From: Entomortierella parvispora E1425
Lineage: Eukaryota > Fungi > Mortierellomycota
Reading direction: 5' to 3'
DNA: 64,000 bases
Assembly (NCBI GenBank): GCA_020891255.1
Contig: BQFW01000007.1
Span: forward strand, 2,852,001-2,916,000
In this document: piece after piece, positions 10,832 through 22,283 of the stretch
Layout of the letters: each line of letters begins with the position of its first letter
Position numbering within the stretch: the first letter of the stretch is position 1
Notes under the pieces: generated by a model
The model's database searches: none
Seen by the model: the letters and a program-made list of their open reading frames with translations, nothing else
Told to the model about the DNA's origin: nothing
Translations under genes and position numbers: made by a program

Positions 10832-12824
10832 ATGCTTTGTCACCTCTTCCGTCCGCGTCATGCCTACCCTCCTCATCACCCGCGTCATCACACGCGTCAT
10901 CACCCTCCGCCTCCCCCTCCCCCTCACCACCCGTTGTGGCCGCATTGGCACCTCTTCTACCCGCGTCATCCCCCTCCCCCTCACCACCCGCGTCATCCCC
11001 CTCCCCTTCACCACCCGTTGTGGCTGAGGTCCTTCAGGCCCGTCACAGCAAATACGTTATTGGGGCTTTTTTTATTGGCGCCGGTCGGCACGCATCTGTA
11101 AATGGTAAGATTGGACCTCCAGACCCCCATTCACTCACTGTCTCACCAACATCAGCAGGTCTGCTTCCTGCACTTTTCTCCGTCACTCTAATTGCCTGAC
11201 GGTTTCCTCATCCTAACGCTTCTAGCCTGCAGAAGGGTAAGCACCTTCTTCCTGATCGAAAGCTCCTCGCTTTTCGTCTTCATACTTGCGTGATGGTAGC
11301 TCACCGAAGTATTATCTTGTAATTACGTTTGTCCTCTTGCCGTTGCCGTTATCATTGCCATCCTGCTTCACCATCTATCTTCTGCACACACACATGTCAA
11401 CCCCCCCCCCCCCCTTCTGTCTCCACAATTCTCTCTAGAAACAGGTGGACATCCCATCAAGTGAACCCGGAAATCTTTTTGCAGTCAAGAAAATACCGAG
11501 AGAAGATCTGATGAGGCAGATTACTTTGACTCCCCAGGAACTGGCGATTTCGAACACTGCAGAGAAACTTGAGCGATTGAAAAATAAGAAACTGCATCGA
11601 CTGGTCAAGAAGACCTGTGCACTGGAAGATTTGAACCATATCGATCATGTTCTTCAGTATGTGGACCGGGAGTGGACGCCAAACCACCGTAAGTACCCCT
11701 GTTTGCTGAATTGGAGAAGATGATGTGGCACTTTGCATCTTTGTTCTGCCTTTGTTCCCTGTTCTTGTTTGTTGCCCACTCGTTGACTCCCCCCCCCCCC
11801 TTTTTTTTTGCTCTCAAAAAGTCAACATCATCACCGAATATGCAGCAGGGGGTGACCTGGAGCGCCGGTTCAAGAGCTTGCCCCTTGGTCCAGATGGAAA
11901 GCAGCTCTGCTACTCGGAGGATCGATTGATCCCGATGTTTCGTATCCTCTGTGAAACAATGGCGAAGGTTCATGATGAAGGCTGGGTCCATCGCGGTAAG
12001 TCGGACGCCCTATTCTTTGCAGACAACAGCACCATGTGCTAGTGTCCCATCTAATCTTCAGGGCATGGCCCATCGATCGGTGCCTAGATTTGAAGGTACA
12101 ATTGGAGCATGCTCTGGACAAGATCGCAAGGAAGGCTGTGTTTCCTCCTTATATAGATCACACCCTCATCTGATTTGTCTTCTTTTCTGTCCTCCATCCG
12201 TGCCCTGCCTTTCCGCGCGTCTTTGAAAAGCCATCCAACATCTTGTTTCGTGACGACAGCGATGAGAAGCTGGTCATCGCAGACTTTGGAATCGCATCTT
12301 TGTTTCAAGAAGACAGGTCCTATTTGACTACGGTAGACATCCGCTCTGAGGGATTCAAGGTGAGATATCATTCAAGCTTCACTTGCCATCTTTATCATCC
12401 TAGTCTATAACACAGAATACTTGTTACAAACCTTCACTTTAGGCACCGGAGCAGATAAGGGGGGAACCTCACAGCTATCCCGTCGACATGTGGGCACTGG
12501 GGGCGATCTGCTATTATCTTTTGAAGGGCCGTCATCCTGTTTACGACCAGGACATTGAAGATGATGAAATCACATCAGAAAAGATCGAAGGGATCGACCG
12601 GAATGGCTTAAGCCACAATGGCAAGTTATATCTCACAATGAATATGCTCTGTAGAAGGATGAGTGAGGTTCCAGCTTGTTGAGATTGATGGTAACGGTCT
12701 ATTGACCATTGATAAATTTTGATGCGTTGTTTCAGCTAGGGACTTCATGGAAAAACTCATCGTTTGGGATCCCTGGCAGAGGATGTCAGCGCTCGTGGCC
12801 TCCACTCATCCTTGGCTGTTATAA
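10832..12824 (+). CDS. Ser/Thr kinase K4, recent duplicate of K2 with a Ser/Pro-repeat N-terminus; apparent 1-nt frameshift just after the ATG
   Basis: Exons 10832-11104, 11226-11236, 11445-11688, 11822-11995, 12088-12095, 12231-12359, 12443-12620, 12736-12824. It is in frame only if one T is added to ATGCTTTGTCA. Exons and introns are highly similar to K2. HRDLKPSN and ADFG are intact, but alphaC Glu is replaced by Lys (KKTCAL) and the P+1 loop reads DIRSEGFK. The last intron is GC-AG. Confidence 0.75.
10861..11025 (+). repeat. Coding imperfect tandem repeat (CCCGCGTCATC / CCCTCCCCCTCACCACCC units) encoding (P)ASSPSPSPP(VVA)
   Basis: The repeat units are visible in K4 exon 1 and absent from K2 exon 1. 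Confidence 0.85.
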
Positions 12825-13567
12825 GCCCTCATATCGTCTATCAGTCTACTTTGGTAGTTGAGCTGGACAATTATGGTCAGCTTCAGCCCACAGCTCGCAG
12901 TTTTATATTTGATCTCACCTCTCTCTCTCTTTTGTATCTCTTTTGTATTTCTAAGAGAAAAAAAGAAAAAAAAAAACAATCCCAGTTCTGGCCGCACTGC
13001 TAGCTGGTCATACAAAACAAGTGCTAGGACCTTACCACCTTCACCAACCTTGTACAAGTCAAAGCGGCCATGGACGCAGGCTATGTGCAACTTGATACTA
13101 TAGCGAGCGACAGGAATACAAGGGGCACCGCCCGACATGAAGGCAGTCAGCGATCGCAAGAGGGATGTGAAGGCATGCGAGGCAGAGAGAGAGCACACGA
13201 CGCAGGGGGTGGCTGCAACCATGGCTCGCGAGGATCTGCAGGAACAAGATCAGGGATGCAGGAACGTGGAGAAAATCGCATGTGCTGCAATTCAGGGGGG
13301 CCAATTAAAAATCATCACCTTGCCCATCACCACATCCGCCCATTTCCCTCCATTTCTCCTTCCAATTCCTCTCCATTCTTCTGGTGATTACCACATCACC
13401 TCTCCTCCTTTCTCCCTCGGTAGTCCCTCGCCTGACGCAAAGTAATAAGCAATATATATTTATTGGTGTAGATACAGGATAGATATCGGTCAAATGAAAT
13501 CAAAACTTTTTTTTCTTTTTGAAGGGGGTATCTCGTTTCACAGAGACCGCTGGAGGAATCGTCATGA

Positions 13568-14395
13568 TTAGTTGCCCAATCCAGGGCAGTTTTCGTTTGT
13601 GATAGAGGTCACATCACCATAGGGTGCGGGATCGGTCCAAATGAGGCCAAAGCTAATGAAAGGGACGAATGGCATCACAGCCGTGGTCAGTCAGTCATCT
13701 CCAACTCTTTTTTTTTTTTTAAAAAAAAAAAGACGACGAGCGAGCCAACGGGGACAGACAAAAGCAACTAGTGGCACCACTTACTCGTTGCTGGGGTAGT
13801 CTGGTGGACTGTTGTCACCCAGAGTCTTGACAATCTCGGTCAGGGCATCGTGTTCCCAGCAGATCAGGATGTTGCCAGATCCCTTGTACTTCTTGACGGT
13901 CTTTTCAACACAGGCGGCATCATCGCGGTCACACGAGGTATCAATCGTGATACCGAGGTCCTTGCCCAGGGGTTCCACGGTACGGAAGGGGCGAGATCTT
14001 TTACCATCTGTGGTTTTGTTTTACATTATTGGGTATATGTCAGTTTACCAAACAAGCAAATTACCAAACAAGCAAAAGAGATCGATCCACAAAGAACAAA
14101 GAGAGAGAAAGGCCAAAAGACAAAGAGGCAGTCAACACATACTTTTCTTGTATTTTTGTGCCATGATGAAGCCGATCTTGTACTTTGAATCGGCCCCAAA
14201 GACCTTGCGGAGGCATTGGGCACGCTTTTCGCCAGTGGGGTTGAGCCCGACGCCATCATTGGAGGGCTTCTCACCGTGGCGGATGAGATAGACGATTGGC
14301 TTGCTGCCGGAGGAGGAGGTGTGTTTAGTCTTGCGGGCAGCCACGGCGGTGGTCAAGACCACAAGGGTCATGGCGAGGAGGGAAAAGACCTTCAT
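13568..14395 (-). CDS. Secreted phosphoglycerate-mutase-like (histidine phosphatase superfamily) protein, 3 exons
   Basis: Exons 14395-14143, 14007-13785, 13652-13568. Signal peptide MKVFSLLAMTLVVLTTAVAA; catalytic motif YLIRHGEKP; RPFRTVEPL, LICWEHD, and C-terminal FGLIWTDPAPY...NCPGL. Confidence 0.85.
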
Positions 14396-16511
14396 CGTGA
14401 GAATGACGAGATTAGGAAGAAAGACAGAAAGAAGAGAAAGAAGAGAAGGAAGAGAGGATCCAAGAGCCAAGCAGGGGCAGGAGAAGAGAGAGCGGACTGA
14501 GTGGAGAAAGAAGGAAGAAAGATGAGAAATGAGAGGGAAATGAGGGCTCTGGGGTCTCTGTTTTAAAGTAATTTCCCCGGCCGGTCCGTCTGTCTGTCCT
14601 TTCAGCCAGCTCGTCAACTGGACTGGACCAGCAAGCCATGTTGAACCCCCTCTTCCCCGCCCGGGGACACACCCTGTCCCCCCCTGGGTTTGCAGCGTGT
14701 GTGCATGCGTGCCAGCCCGTTGACAACTCGAGTGACCACACCGTGTCTGTTGAAACGAGGGTAAGCGCTCTTTCCGCCCCCGTAATAAACGTCGACGGTT
14801 GCGCGTGCTACTTTTTTCCATTTTGGATGGTTCAGAGTTCAGGCGGCTAAATCGGAAAGGGGGGTTGCCAAGATACGAGAAAAGGGCGCCAGTCAGTCAT
14901 GCATCTGTCGGTCGCGCTGCAGACTTTTCCTCCTGATCCTCCCTCCTCCCATCTACTCCTCCTACCAGGACACGTCTATGGGGCCATGCGCTGCAACCAT
15001 TGGTGGCGCCGGGACTCCATCCCCTTTCCAACGGGATGCATGCACCTCTCTGCTAGGAGCAGTAGCGTCAGGCAGGGGTTTACATGCTATTTTTTCAAGC
15101 ACAGACACAGACGACGAAGATGATGGGTGCAGGTACAAGTGCAGTTTGCTCCAAACGATCAAAAGAAGAAAAAAAAAAAAAAAAAAAAAAAAAAAGGCGC
15201 ACGGCCAGCATCACAGGCACTAAAATCCCTTGCTCCAAATTGCCCTGTCAAGCTTGTCTGTGGTAGAACCATTGGCCTGTGTTTGTTCCCAGAGACAGTC
15301 AACCGTCCCCATTGCGCCCAATCGTAACGCGCCTTTGACCACATTCCCCCGACCATTCGATTGCACTGACTGCACCCGATCAGAACAGTTGAACAGTTGA
15401 ACAGTTGAACAGATAGACTGCAAGCATCGGTGACTCTGTGATCTGTTTTGTTGGGTACATGTACAGTACAACGAACGGATCAACCGTGCGGTAACTAACT
15501 ACTGTGGCTGTATCTTTTTGTGGTGGTCAAGACAAGAGACAACACAGAGAGCAGGCGCAAGCCAAGGAGAAAAGAAGAGGGGATGTGCTGTATGCATGTA
15601 TAATGTGTATAGGATACACATTACACGTCCACCTAGGACACGCGTGCGTCCACTACACTGCATGGGGGCCATCCATTATCCACGTCCAAGTGGCGAGTGG
15701 TGCCATGCAGGCAAGAAAGAAAGAAAAAAAAGAAGGAAAGCAAAAAAAAGTCATCCATCCGGCGGTGCAACCACGCACCACGAGTCGCTGTGTCACGCCA
15801 CGGCAAAGCTTCTCTGTGGGTGTGATGGGGGGAAGAGAGAGAGAGAGAGAGGGTGTGCCATGCCATGTGTGCCATCATGCTGTGTGTGCCATCATGCTAT
15901 GTGTGCCATAATATGCGTGTGTGTGTGTCTGTGTGTGTGGGAATGAATACACCCACCTGTCCCTCACTGTCTCTCTCTCCTCTCCCTCCCCTCTCTCCCT
16001 CTCTCCCCACTGGCTGGCTCATCAGTATTGATCCCCCCTTTTTGCACATTTGCACCTTCCATTCATCATTCAATCAGTAACAGCTTCTTTCTTCCCATTC
16101 CCCCCTCCATACTCTCTCTCTCCCTTGTCTTGGGGCGTCTTGGGTGCTTATCAGGGTAGAAGCTGCTTATTCAACGGTTGTGTCCACGAGAGGACAGAAG
16201 CAGACCGTCTTCCAGGCTCTTCTAGGCAGCCACGCCGTGCCGTCCGTTGATCCGTTTGCAGCTGGACCAACTGCCATAAAGGAACGCGAGACTGTAGGTC
16301 CAGAAATGAAGGATCGTTTCTGTTGCTCTATTGCCCTGAGCCAGTCTTCTCATGCCATGCATACTTTTCCTGAAAATAATAGACCCTCTCTGTTCGTTCA
16401 ACGGCAAGGAGACAGGAGACAGCTCGGCTGAAACAAAGGGTCCATCCATCCACAGACTCACGAAACTAATCTCGGTAAGGAGAGCCGCCCTTGGACTCCA
16501 AACGAACTATC

Positions 16512-16516
16512 ATGTA

Positions 16517-16547
<31 letters not shown>

Positions 16548-16575
16548 GCGTGTGTGTGTGTGTGTGTGTGTGTGT
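16512..16575. repeat. (TGTATG)n-(TG)n compound microsatellite upstream of the NACHT-WD40 ATG
   Basis: Direct reading. Confidence 0.9.
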
Positions 16576-16643
16576 TGCTGACGACTGCCCTTGCTCTCTG
16601 TCCATCCGACCTAGATCCACTTTCCCCTTGAATAACCACAGCG

Positions 16644-19600
16644 ATGGCAAAGTCGGATCCATCGGACCCATCCTTTCGGCCACCTCCTACCACGAGCAAC
16701 AAACCCAGACGTCGCGATCGCATTCTCAATTGGACAAATGCGACTTTTGGTTCAAGAAGCAGCAGGCAGGACGCATCATCGAGCTCAACGGTCGCCGTGG
16801 CGTCAGCCCCTCCTCCCGCAGACATCGCTACAACCCCTCATTCAGACGACTCGCGTTCAGCAAACTCACCTTTCAAATCAACCACTATCGCCACCCCTCC
16901 TTCTTCAAACTCTCCGGTTCCTCTTAAAGGGCTAGACAAGGCCTCTGGATCGACTCCTAAGACCGGCTCCAAGCAAACCGCAAGCCCGATCAACCAGCAG
17001 GCCGAGCTCAATCCAACCATATTTCCAGAAAACATTTCCAGGACAGTCAGCATCTCATTGCCAGATTTTGGTCAGCGTATCGATAGTACTGCTCAACTCG
17101 TGCATTGTGCGCATCTGCTTCAGGTCATGGAATCGCCTTCTTTCTCCTCATGCTCGCCGCCATCGCCAGAGTCGATAAAGAGTATCGATGGTCGACCTCT
17201 CAGGATGAAGGATCTAGACTGGATAAGACAAGTGCAGGAATACAAGGTGGTGGAAAAGAACAGGATTCAACAGCTGGTGGTGAGCACAGTCAGCGAATTC
17301 ATTTCAAGCCCCATCAAAGACTCAGAGGCCATCCGCGAGATTGTTCTCGTGGGTCCTGTCCTCGAGAGAGTACATTTCCGATTGCTTCTGACCTGCTTCC
17401 TGTCTAGCTTTGACAGCGCTTCAATGCTAGAGGTGGAAAAGCTGCAAGGAGTCGTCCAGCTTGTGCAGGATGCTCCACCAGGCTGTCTAGAAGTCGACGA
17501 CTTGATTAGGATCTTGGAAATTATCAGAGAGCGTTTGGAGAGTACGTCCTCGCAGTCCGACAACTTTTTGTTTCACCTGACGCTGGCTGTTTCCAGAGTG
17601 CTCAACTGTATGGCCGATATGAAGGTCAAGGACCTGGACCGTGTAGAACAGCATGACCCTCTCCGTACAGCCCTTGCAGGATTAAAGTCGGACAGCAACC
17701 CATTTTTACGATACCAGGCTATTTACGCCGCACAGGCTCTGTGGAACGTACCTGACAATGAGACCCCGGTCGAATGTTTCTTCCGCCACTTTATAAATGT
17801 CACCGGCGGTCTCATCAAGCTCTCGGCTGTGATGCAGTTGGATTTCAACAGTCTTGCTGGAGGCGCAAAGGACATTCAGAAAAGCATCGCGGACATGTAC
17901 GAGTTTGTCAAGTCTGGAGTAGAGGATATACCTGCCCTTATGGAGGACGGAAAAGAGCTTGGGGGCTGTTTGAGAGCAATGGTAGGATCTGGAAGGATAC
18001 ATCCATGGTACATGTCTCTCCGAGGTGCTGAGGATCTTGTCCGGACAGGTCGACTTGCTGATCTACGAGTATGGGCCTGGGAGGCTCCCAGTCAAGGAAG
18101 CTATCTGTTCCAATGGGGAATCTGTCAACTTCTTGGGGAGATTGCAGTTGACCCATCCTGGGGCATGAACTCTCAAAGCCAGTCAATCCTATTCCTCTGC
18201 GAGATCTTCAAAATCAGCGTGCATCGTAACGTCAGGAGGTGGATTCTGACCATTCTCGACTATATCTCAAAGCTTTCAACTCTGGATACCTCTACTTCGG
18301 ATCATGAAGAAGAGGCCATAAAGGTCACGGCTGCTATCGCCAGGGATGATCTGCGATCGAACGAATATGAACCATTTTCCTTCCCGTACCTCTTGGGTCG
18401 TCGTTTGCTTCTGCCTACAGCATCGTCGATCATACAAAAGGTCAACAAGACAGTGGCCCTGGAACCTGCGCTGCTCAAGATTCAAATTGCTGTCAGCAAC
18501 CGTGGCCCAGAATTCTACGCACAACTGATGGCAAAAGCCGGACTGCAGGATTCTGGTGACTCGTTAAAACTACTGGAGGAACGAGTTTTAACATTCCTGG
18601 GAGGCAAAAGGCAGATCATGTTGATCCTCGGAGACTCTGGCGCTGGCAAGTCAACATTTAATCGGCATCTGGAACGCAAACTCTGGAGCGAGTACCATCC
18701 CGGTGGTCCCATCCCTCTGTTTGTCGATCTAAGGAGAATGGAAAACCTGAGCGACAGTGAGGTGAAAAAGAAATTGCGAATTGACGACCTCAAGGACGAC
18801 CAAATACAAGAGTTGAAGGAATACCGAAAAGTCATTTTCATCTGCGATGGATACGACGAATGTCGGCAATGGGTCAATCTGCACTCCCGTTTTAGAGACG
18901 AGGGCTGGAAGTCATTCCAAATTGTGGTCACTTGTCGCAGCCAGCAACTCACTCCAAACTCAAACTATCGGAACTACTTTGTGCCCCGGACCGAGGCGAA
19001 CTTGACAGAGTCCCAGGCGTCCGCTCTCTATGAGGAGGCAGTGATTGTTCCTTTCGGAGAAAATCAGATCAAAGCATGCATTGAGCAATTCCGCGGGACC
19101 GAGGAAGCCAGCAAAGAGGTCTTCAAGGAAGGGGCGATTTGGAGCACAGAAGAGTATATAAACCAACTGGCCAATCTTCTGGAACTTGTCAAGAATCCCT
19201 TCATGCTGAAGCTGGCTTTGGTCACCCTCCCCAACATGGTCGGAAATGACATGGGCACCTCTCGACGCAAGATGACTCGATTCTGTCTTTATGAAGAGTT
19301 TACGGATCAACACTTCAAGAAGGAGCTAAGGCGTTTAACCGACCAACGCCCCAAAATGAAATGGGACGAGGAAAAGGCCTTTGAACTGATCGAGAACGGG
19401 TTTGTTCTCCACGGGATTTATTTCTCGATGCGACTGGCACGCTCGATCTTTATGGAGCAAGATGGAAGAAATTCCGTCGAATACTCAACCATGGACAACA
19501 GAGGATGGAAAGCTCAGTTTTTTGGTCTCAAGACTGGAGCCGGCACTAAGCTGCTGCGACAGTCCAGTCAGTTGGTCACCTGTACAATTCAAGAGTCGAA

Positions 19601-22283
19601 CAGTAGCGGCAAAGGTGCCGCTGTCGCCTCCCAGACGACCGTGTATTCCTTTTCTCATCGATCAATCCTAGAGTTCCTCTATGCCTGCTGCCTTTGCGAC
19701 TATATGCAGGATTCACGAATTGAGGAAGACTTCTCAGGAGGCGCACAATACCCTACACTGTCATCCTGTCTAGAGTCGACTGATAACCCATCATTACTTG
19801 CTGGTCACCCCCTCAATCAACGGAGCATTGTGTCTGAGCATTCTGTAGTCCATTTTTTGGCCGAGCGAGCTATCAACAAAAGTGAATTCAAGGACCAACT
19901 TCAAACTATCATTGAACTATCCAGGACTGATGAGACTATAGCTGTCGCTGCAGCCAATGCTATCACGATCCTTGTCCTAGCAGGAGTACAGTTTAACGGA
20001 ATGGACCTTCGGGGTATCCAGATCCCTGGTGCCGATCTCTCCGGTGGTCATTTCGACTCTGCTCAATTAGAGTATGCCGACTTGACTGATGTCAACCTGT
20101 CCAGGGCCTGGTTACGCCAAGCAGACTTTGGCCATGCTCGGATGAGCGGAGTTCAGTTTGGAGAGAAGCCCTCCATCATCTTCCCTGGACTGACTTCGAT
20201 GGCTCTCTCGCCTAATGGCGCATTTCTAGCCTTGGGATTTGAGAGCGGAGAGGTCAGAGTGCTCAACACAAAGGACTGGAGTACGCGTAACACCTTGCAA
20301 GGCCATACCTATCGAGTGCTACATCTAGCCTTCTCTAGCTCAGGCCTTCAGATCGCCTCTGGAAGTATGGATACAACTATCAGGATTTGGGAGTGGCAGC
20401 AGGAATCCGCGCCCAGTCGTATCTTGAGAGGACACTCCTCCGAGGTGAATGCAGTGGCGTTCTCACCGGACGGACATTGGCTTTCGTCTGCATCAGATGA
20501 CATGACAGTCCGAGTATGGGACCTGGACCTTAATTCGGTTATGTGCACTTTCGAAGGTCATGAGGATGAAGCTTGGTGTACGGCATGGTCACTGGATGGG
20601 CAGCAAGTTGCTTCCGGAGGCAAGGATGGGGCGGTGAACCTATGGCAGACAGCGTTTGGTGAATTTGAACGACAACTATGGCGCGGAAGGGAGCCTGTGT
20701 GCAGTCTTGTGTACGCCCCAGATGGCAAACGTCTAGTTGCGGCCGTGGGCAATGACATTTTAATTTGGGACCTTCTAGCAGGAGGAGATCCCACCGTTCT
20801 GGAAGGCCACACAGGCGACGTCCGTGCCGTGTCCTTTTCTCGAAACGAGCAATGGATCGCGTCCGTAAGCCTTGATAAATCCGTGGGGATTTGGAATGGA
20901 CGAACAGGCGCGCCGGTCCGCAAACTGTACGGAAGTGACCCAGGCTACGTTCTCGCAGTTGCCTTCTGGAATGACCAGGAAATTATATCCCTCGACTGGC
21001 GGGGCATGTTGCGGTTTTGGGCACTGGGCAGTGGAGCAGCTCGAGCTGACATGCTTGGTATTGTGACTGGCCCCATGGCTGAAGGGCATCGAGACCTTGT
21101 TGAGACCGTTGCATATTCTCCAGATGGAAAGAAGGTTTTGACGGGAGGTCCAGATAGGTGCATTCGAGAGTGGAACGCCGAAACGGGAGAGACCAAGATC
21201 GTCACCACGACCCAAACCGATATCCTCCATATCGCCTTTTCACCCGAGAACCGGCAAGTGGCCGTTGTGGCTCTTGATGATATACCGATACTTTTTGAGC
21301 AGGTGGATGATTCAGATGACATTTGGGTTACAGGATATCTAGGGGCTTACTCTGCGGTCATCGTAGCCTACTCCCCATGCGGTCGTTGGGTCGTCTCTGG
21401 AGATGCGGATGGGGCACTGGTACTCCTAGATCGTCTAGAAACCGATGCAGAGGAACAACTTTTGGTGGGGCACAGAAACTGGATCTTGGGCATTGAATTC
21501 TCACCCTGTGAAAAGCTTTTTGTCTCCTGGAGCAAGGACCAGTCGATTCGCGTGTGGGAATCCGAAACCGGAGTCTGCATCGATGTTATTGACTTTTTCA
21601 TCGAGTCTCTGAGCTTTTCACCCTGTGGGACCATGGTCGCTTGGAGTGTCTCGGTGGAAAGGGATGAGGACGGTCTTGATGCCTCAGATGTCCTTCCAGA
21701 GATCCACTTGACAGATCTGCGTTGGCAGCGCGACATCCATGTGTTGAAGGGACACAAGAACCTGGTGGACAGCATAGCATGGACATCAGGGTGGATCGTG
21801 TCAGGATCCAATGATAGAACGGTTCGACTCTGGAAAGAGCTCAGGGATAATGAGACTGGATCCAGCACTTGGACTTGCGCCGCTATCCTGGATGACTTGG
21901 CTGTTGGGACTGTTGCCTGGAATCCGGTGGCATGGCCTCTAGAGTTTGCCATTGGTTCTCGTGATTCTTCAGTCAGTGTCTGGACTGTGACAACAAGCGG
22001 AGGGGAGAAGAAAATGATGAGTGAGGACGATTCAGAGGAGACGACCATTCAGTTGAAATGGGGATCGATCGATCGATTGGAAACCAGGGGTGCAAGATTC
22101 ACGAATGCCGTTGGGCTGGATAGCATGCAAAAAGAGCTTTTGCGGCAACATGGATCTATTGACGACGCCGCTTCAGACGATGACGCCGAAGAGGATGAGG
22201 ACGAGGATGAGTCATTAGTTCGCAGAGTCCGTGTGGCCGATTTGGCGGATACAGTGCCCTACAAAGAGATGAGAGAGCAATAG
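16644..22283 (+). CDS. NLR-like protein: Arm-like helical N-domain, NACHT NTPase, pentapeptide repeats and WD40 repeats (1879 aa, intronless)
   Basis: Single ORF. Walker A GDSGAGKST; Walker B IFICDGYDE; pentapeptide run GMDLRGIQIPGADLSGGHFDSAQLEYADLTDVNLSRAWLRQADF; many GH...WD/WE repeats; acidic tail. Confidence 0.93.
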   Translation: MAKSDPSDPSFRPPPTTSNKPRRRDRILNWTNATFGSRSSRQDASSSSTVAVASAPPPADIATTPHSDDSRSANSPFKSTTIATPPSSNSPVPLKGLDKASGSTPKTGSKQTASPINQQAELNPTIFPENISRTVSISLPDFGQRIDSTAQLVHCAHLLQVMESPSFSSCSPPSPESIKSIDGRPLRMKDLDWIRQVQEYKVVEKNRIQQLVVSTVSEFISSPIKDSEAIREIVLVGPVLERVHFRLLLTCFLSSFDSASMLEVEKLQGVVQLVQDAPPGCLEVDDLIRILEIIRERLESTSSQSDNFLFHLTLAVSRVLNCMADMKVKDLDRVEQHDPLRTALAGLKSDSNPFLRYQAIYAAQALWNVPDNETPVECFFRHFINVTGGLIKLSAVMQLDFNSLAGGAKDIQKSIADMYEFVKSGVEDIPALMEDGKELGGCLRAMVGSGRIHPWYMSLRGAEDLVRTGRLADLRVWAWEAPSQGSYLFQWGICQLLGEIAVDPSWGMNSQSQSILFLCEIFKISVHRNVRRWILTILDYISKLSTLDTSTSDHEEEAIKVTAAIARDDLRSNEYEPFSFPYLLGRRLLLPTASSIIQKVNKTVALEPALLKIQIAVSNRGPEFYAQLMAKAGLQDSGDSLKLLEERVLTFLGGKRQIMLILGDSGAGKSTFNRHLERKLWSEYHPGGPIPLFVDLRRMENLSDSEVKKKLRIDDLKDDQIQELKEYRKVIFICDGYDECRQWVNLHSRFRDEGWKSFQIVVTCRSQQLTPNSNYRNYFVPRTEANLTESQASALYEEAVIVPFGENQIKACIEQFRGTEEASKEVFKEGAIWSTEEYINQLANLLELVKNPFMLKLALVTLPNMVGNDMGTSRRKMTRFCLYEEFTDQHFKKELRRLTDQRPKMKWDEEKAFELIENGFVLHGIYFSMRLARSIFMEQDGRNSVEYSTMDNRGWKAQFFGLKTGAGTKLLRQSSQLVTCTIQESNSSGKGAAVASQTTVYSFSHRSILEFLYACCLCDYMQDSRIEEDFSGGAQYPTLSSCLESTDNPSLLAGHPLNQRSIVSEHSVVHFLAERAINKSEFKDQLQTIIELSRTDETIAVAAANAITILVLAGVQFNGMDLRGIQIPGADLSGGHFDSAQLEYADLTDVNLSRAWLRQADFGHARMSGVQFGEKPSIIFPGLTSMALSPNGAFLALGFESGEVRVLNTKDWSTRNTLQGHTYRVLHLAFSSSGLQIASGSMDTTIRIWEWQQESAPSRILRGHSSEVNAVAFSPDGHWLSSASDDMTVRVWDLDLNSVMCTFEGHEDEAWCTAWSLDGQQVASGGKDGAVNLWQTAFGEFERQLWRGREPVCSLVYAPDGKRLVAAVGNDILIWDLLAGGDPTVLEGHTGDVRAVSFSRNEQWIASVSLDKSVGIWNGRTGAPVRKLYGSDPGYVLAVAFWNDQEIISLDWRGMLRFWALGSGAARADMLGIVTGPMAEGHRDLVETVAYSPDGKKVLTGGPDRCIREWNAETGETKIVTTTQTDILHIAFSPENRQVAVVALDDIPILFEQVDDSDDIWVTGYLGAYSAVIVAYSPCGRWVVSGDADGALVLLDRLETDAEEQLLVGHRNWILGIEFSPCEKLFVSWSKDQSIRVWESETGVCIDVIDFFIESLSFSPCGTMVAWSVSVERDEDGLDASDVLPEIHLTDLRWQRDIHVLKGHKNLVDSIAWTSGWIVSGSNDRTVRLWKELRDNETGSSTWTCAAILDDLAVGTVAWNPVAWPLEFAIGSRDSSVSVWTVTTSGGEKKMMSEDDSEETTIQLKWGSIDRLETRGARFTNAVGLDSMQKELLRQHGSIDDAASDDDAEEDEDEDESLVRRVRVADLADTVPYKEMREQ

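Noticed and set aside
12960-13445. Overlapping short ORFs between K4 and the phosphatase (13070-13387, 13137-13445, 12806-13222)
   Set aside because: Coding-like composition, but no recognisable domain or consistent splice model. It could be a gene relic but is unsupported.
15383-15412. (GAACAGTT)3 tandem containing CAGTTG (Myb/E-box-like) in the phosphatase-NLR intergenic region
   Set aside because: A short simple repeat; a regulatory role cannot be supported without conservation data.
14400-16640. Many short ORFs in the microsatellite- and poly-A-rich intergenic region
   Set aside because: Low-complexity translations (poly-K/F, CV repeats) with no splice or codon support.
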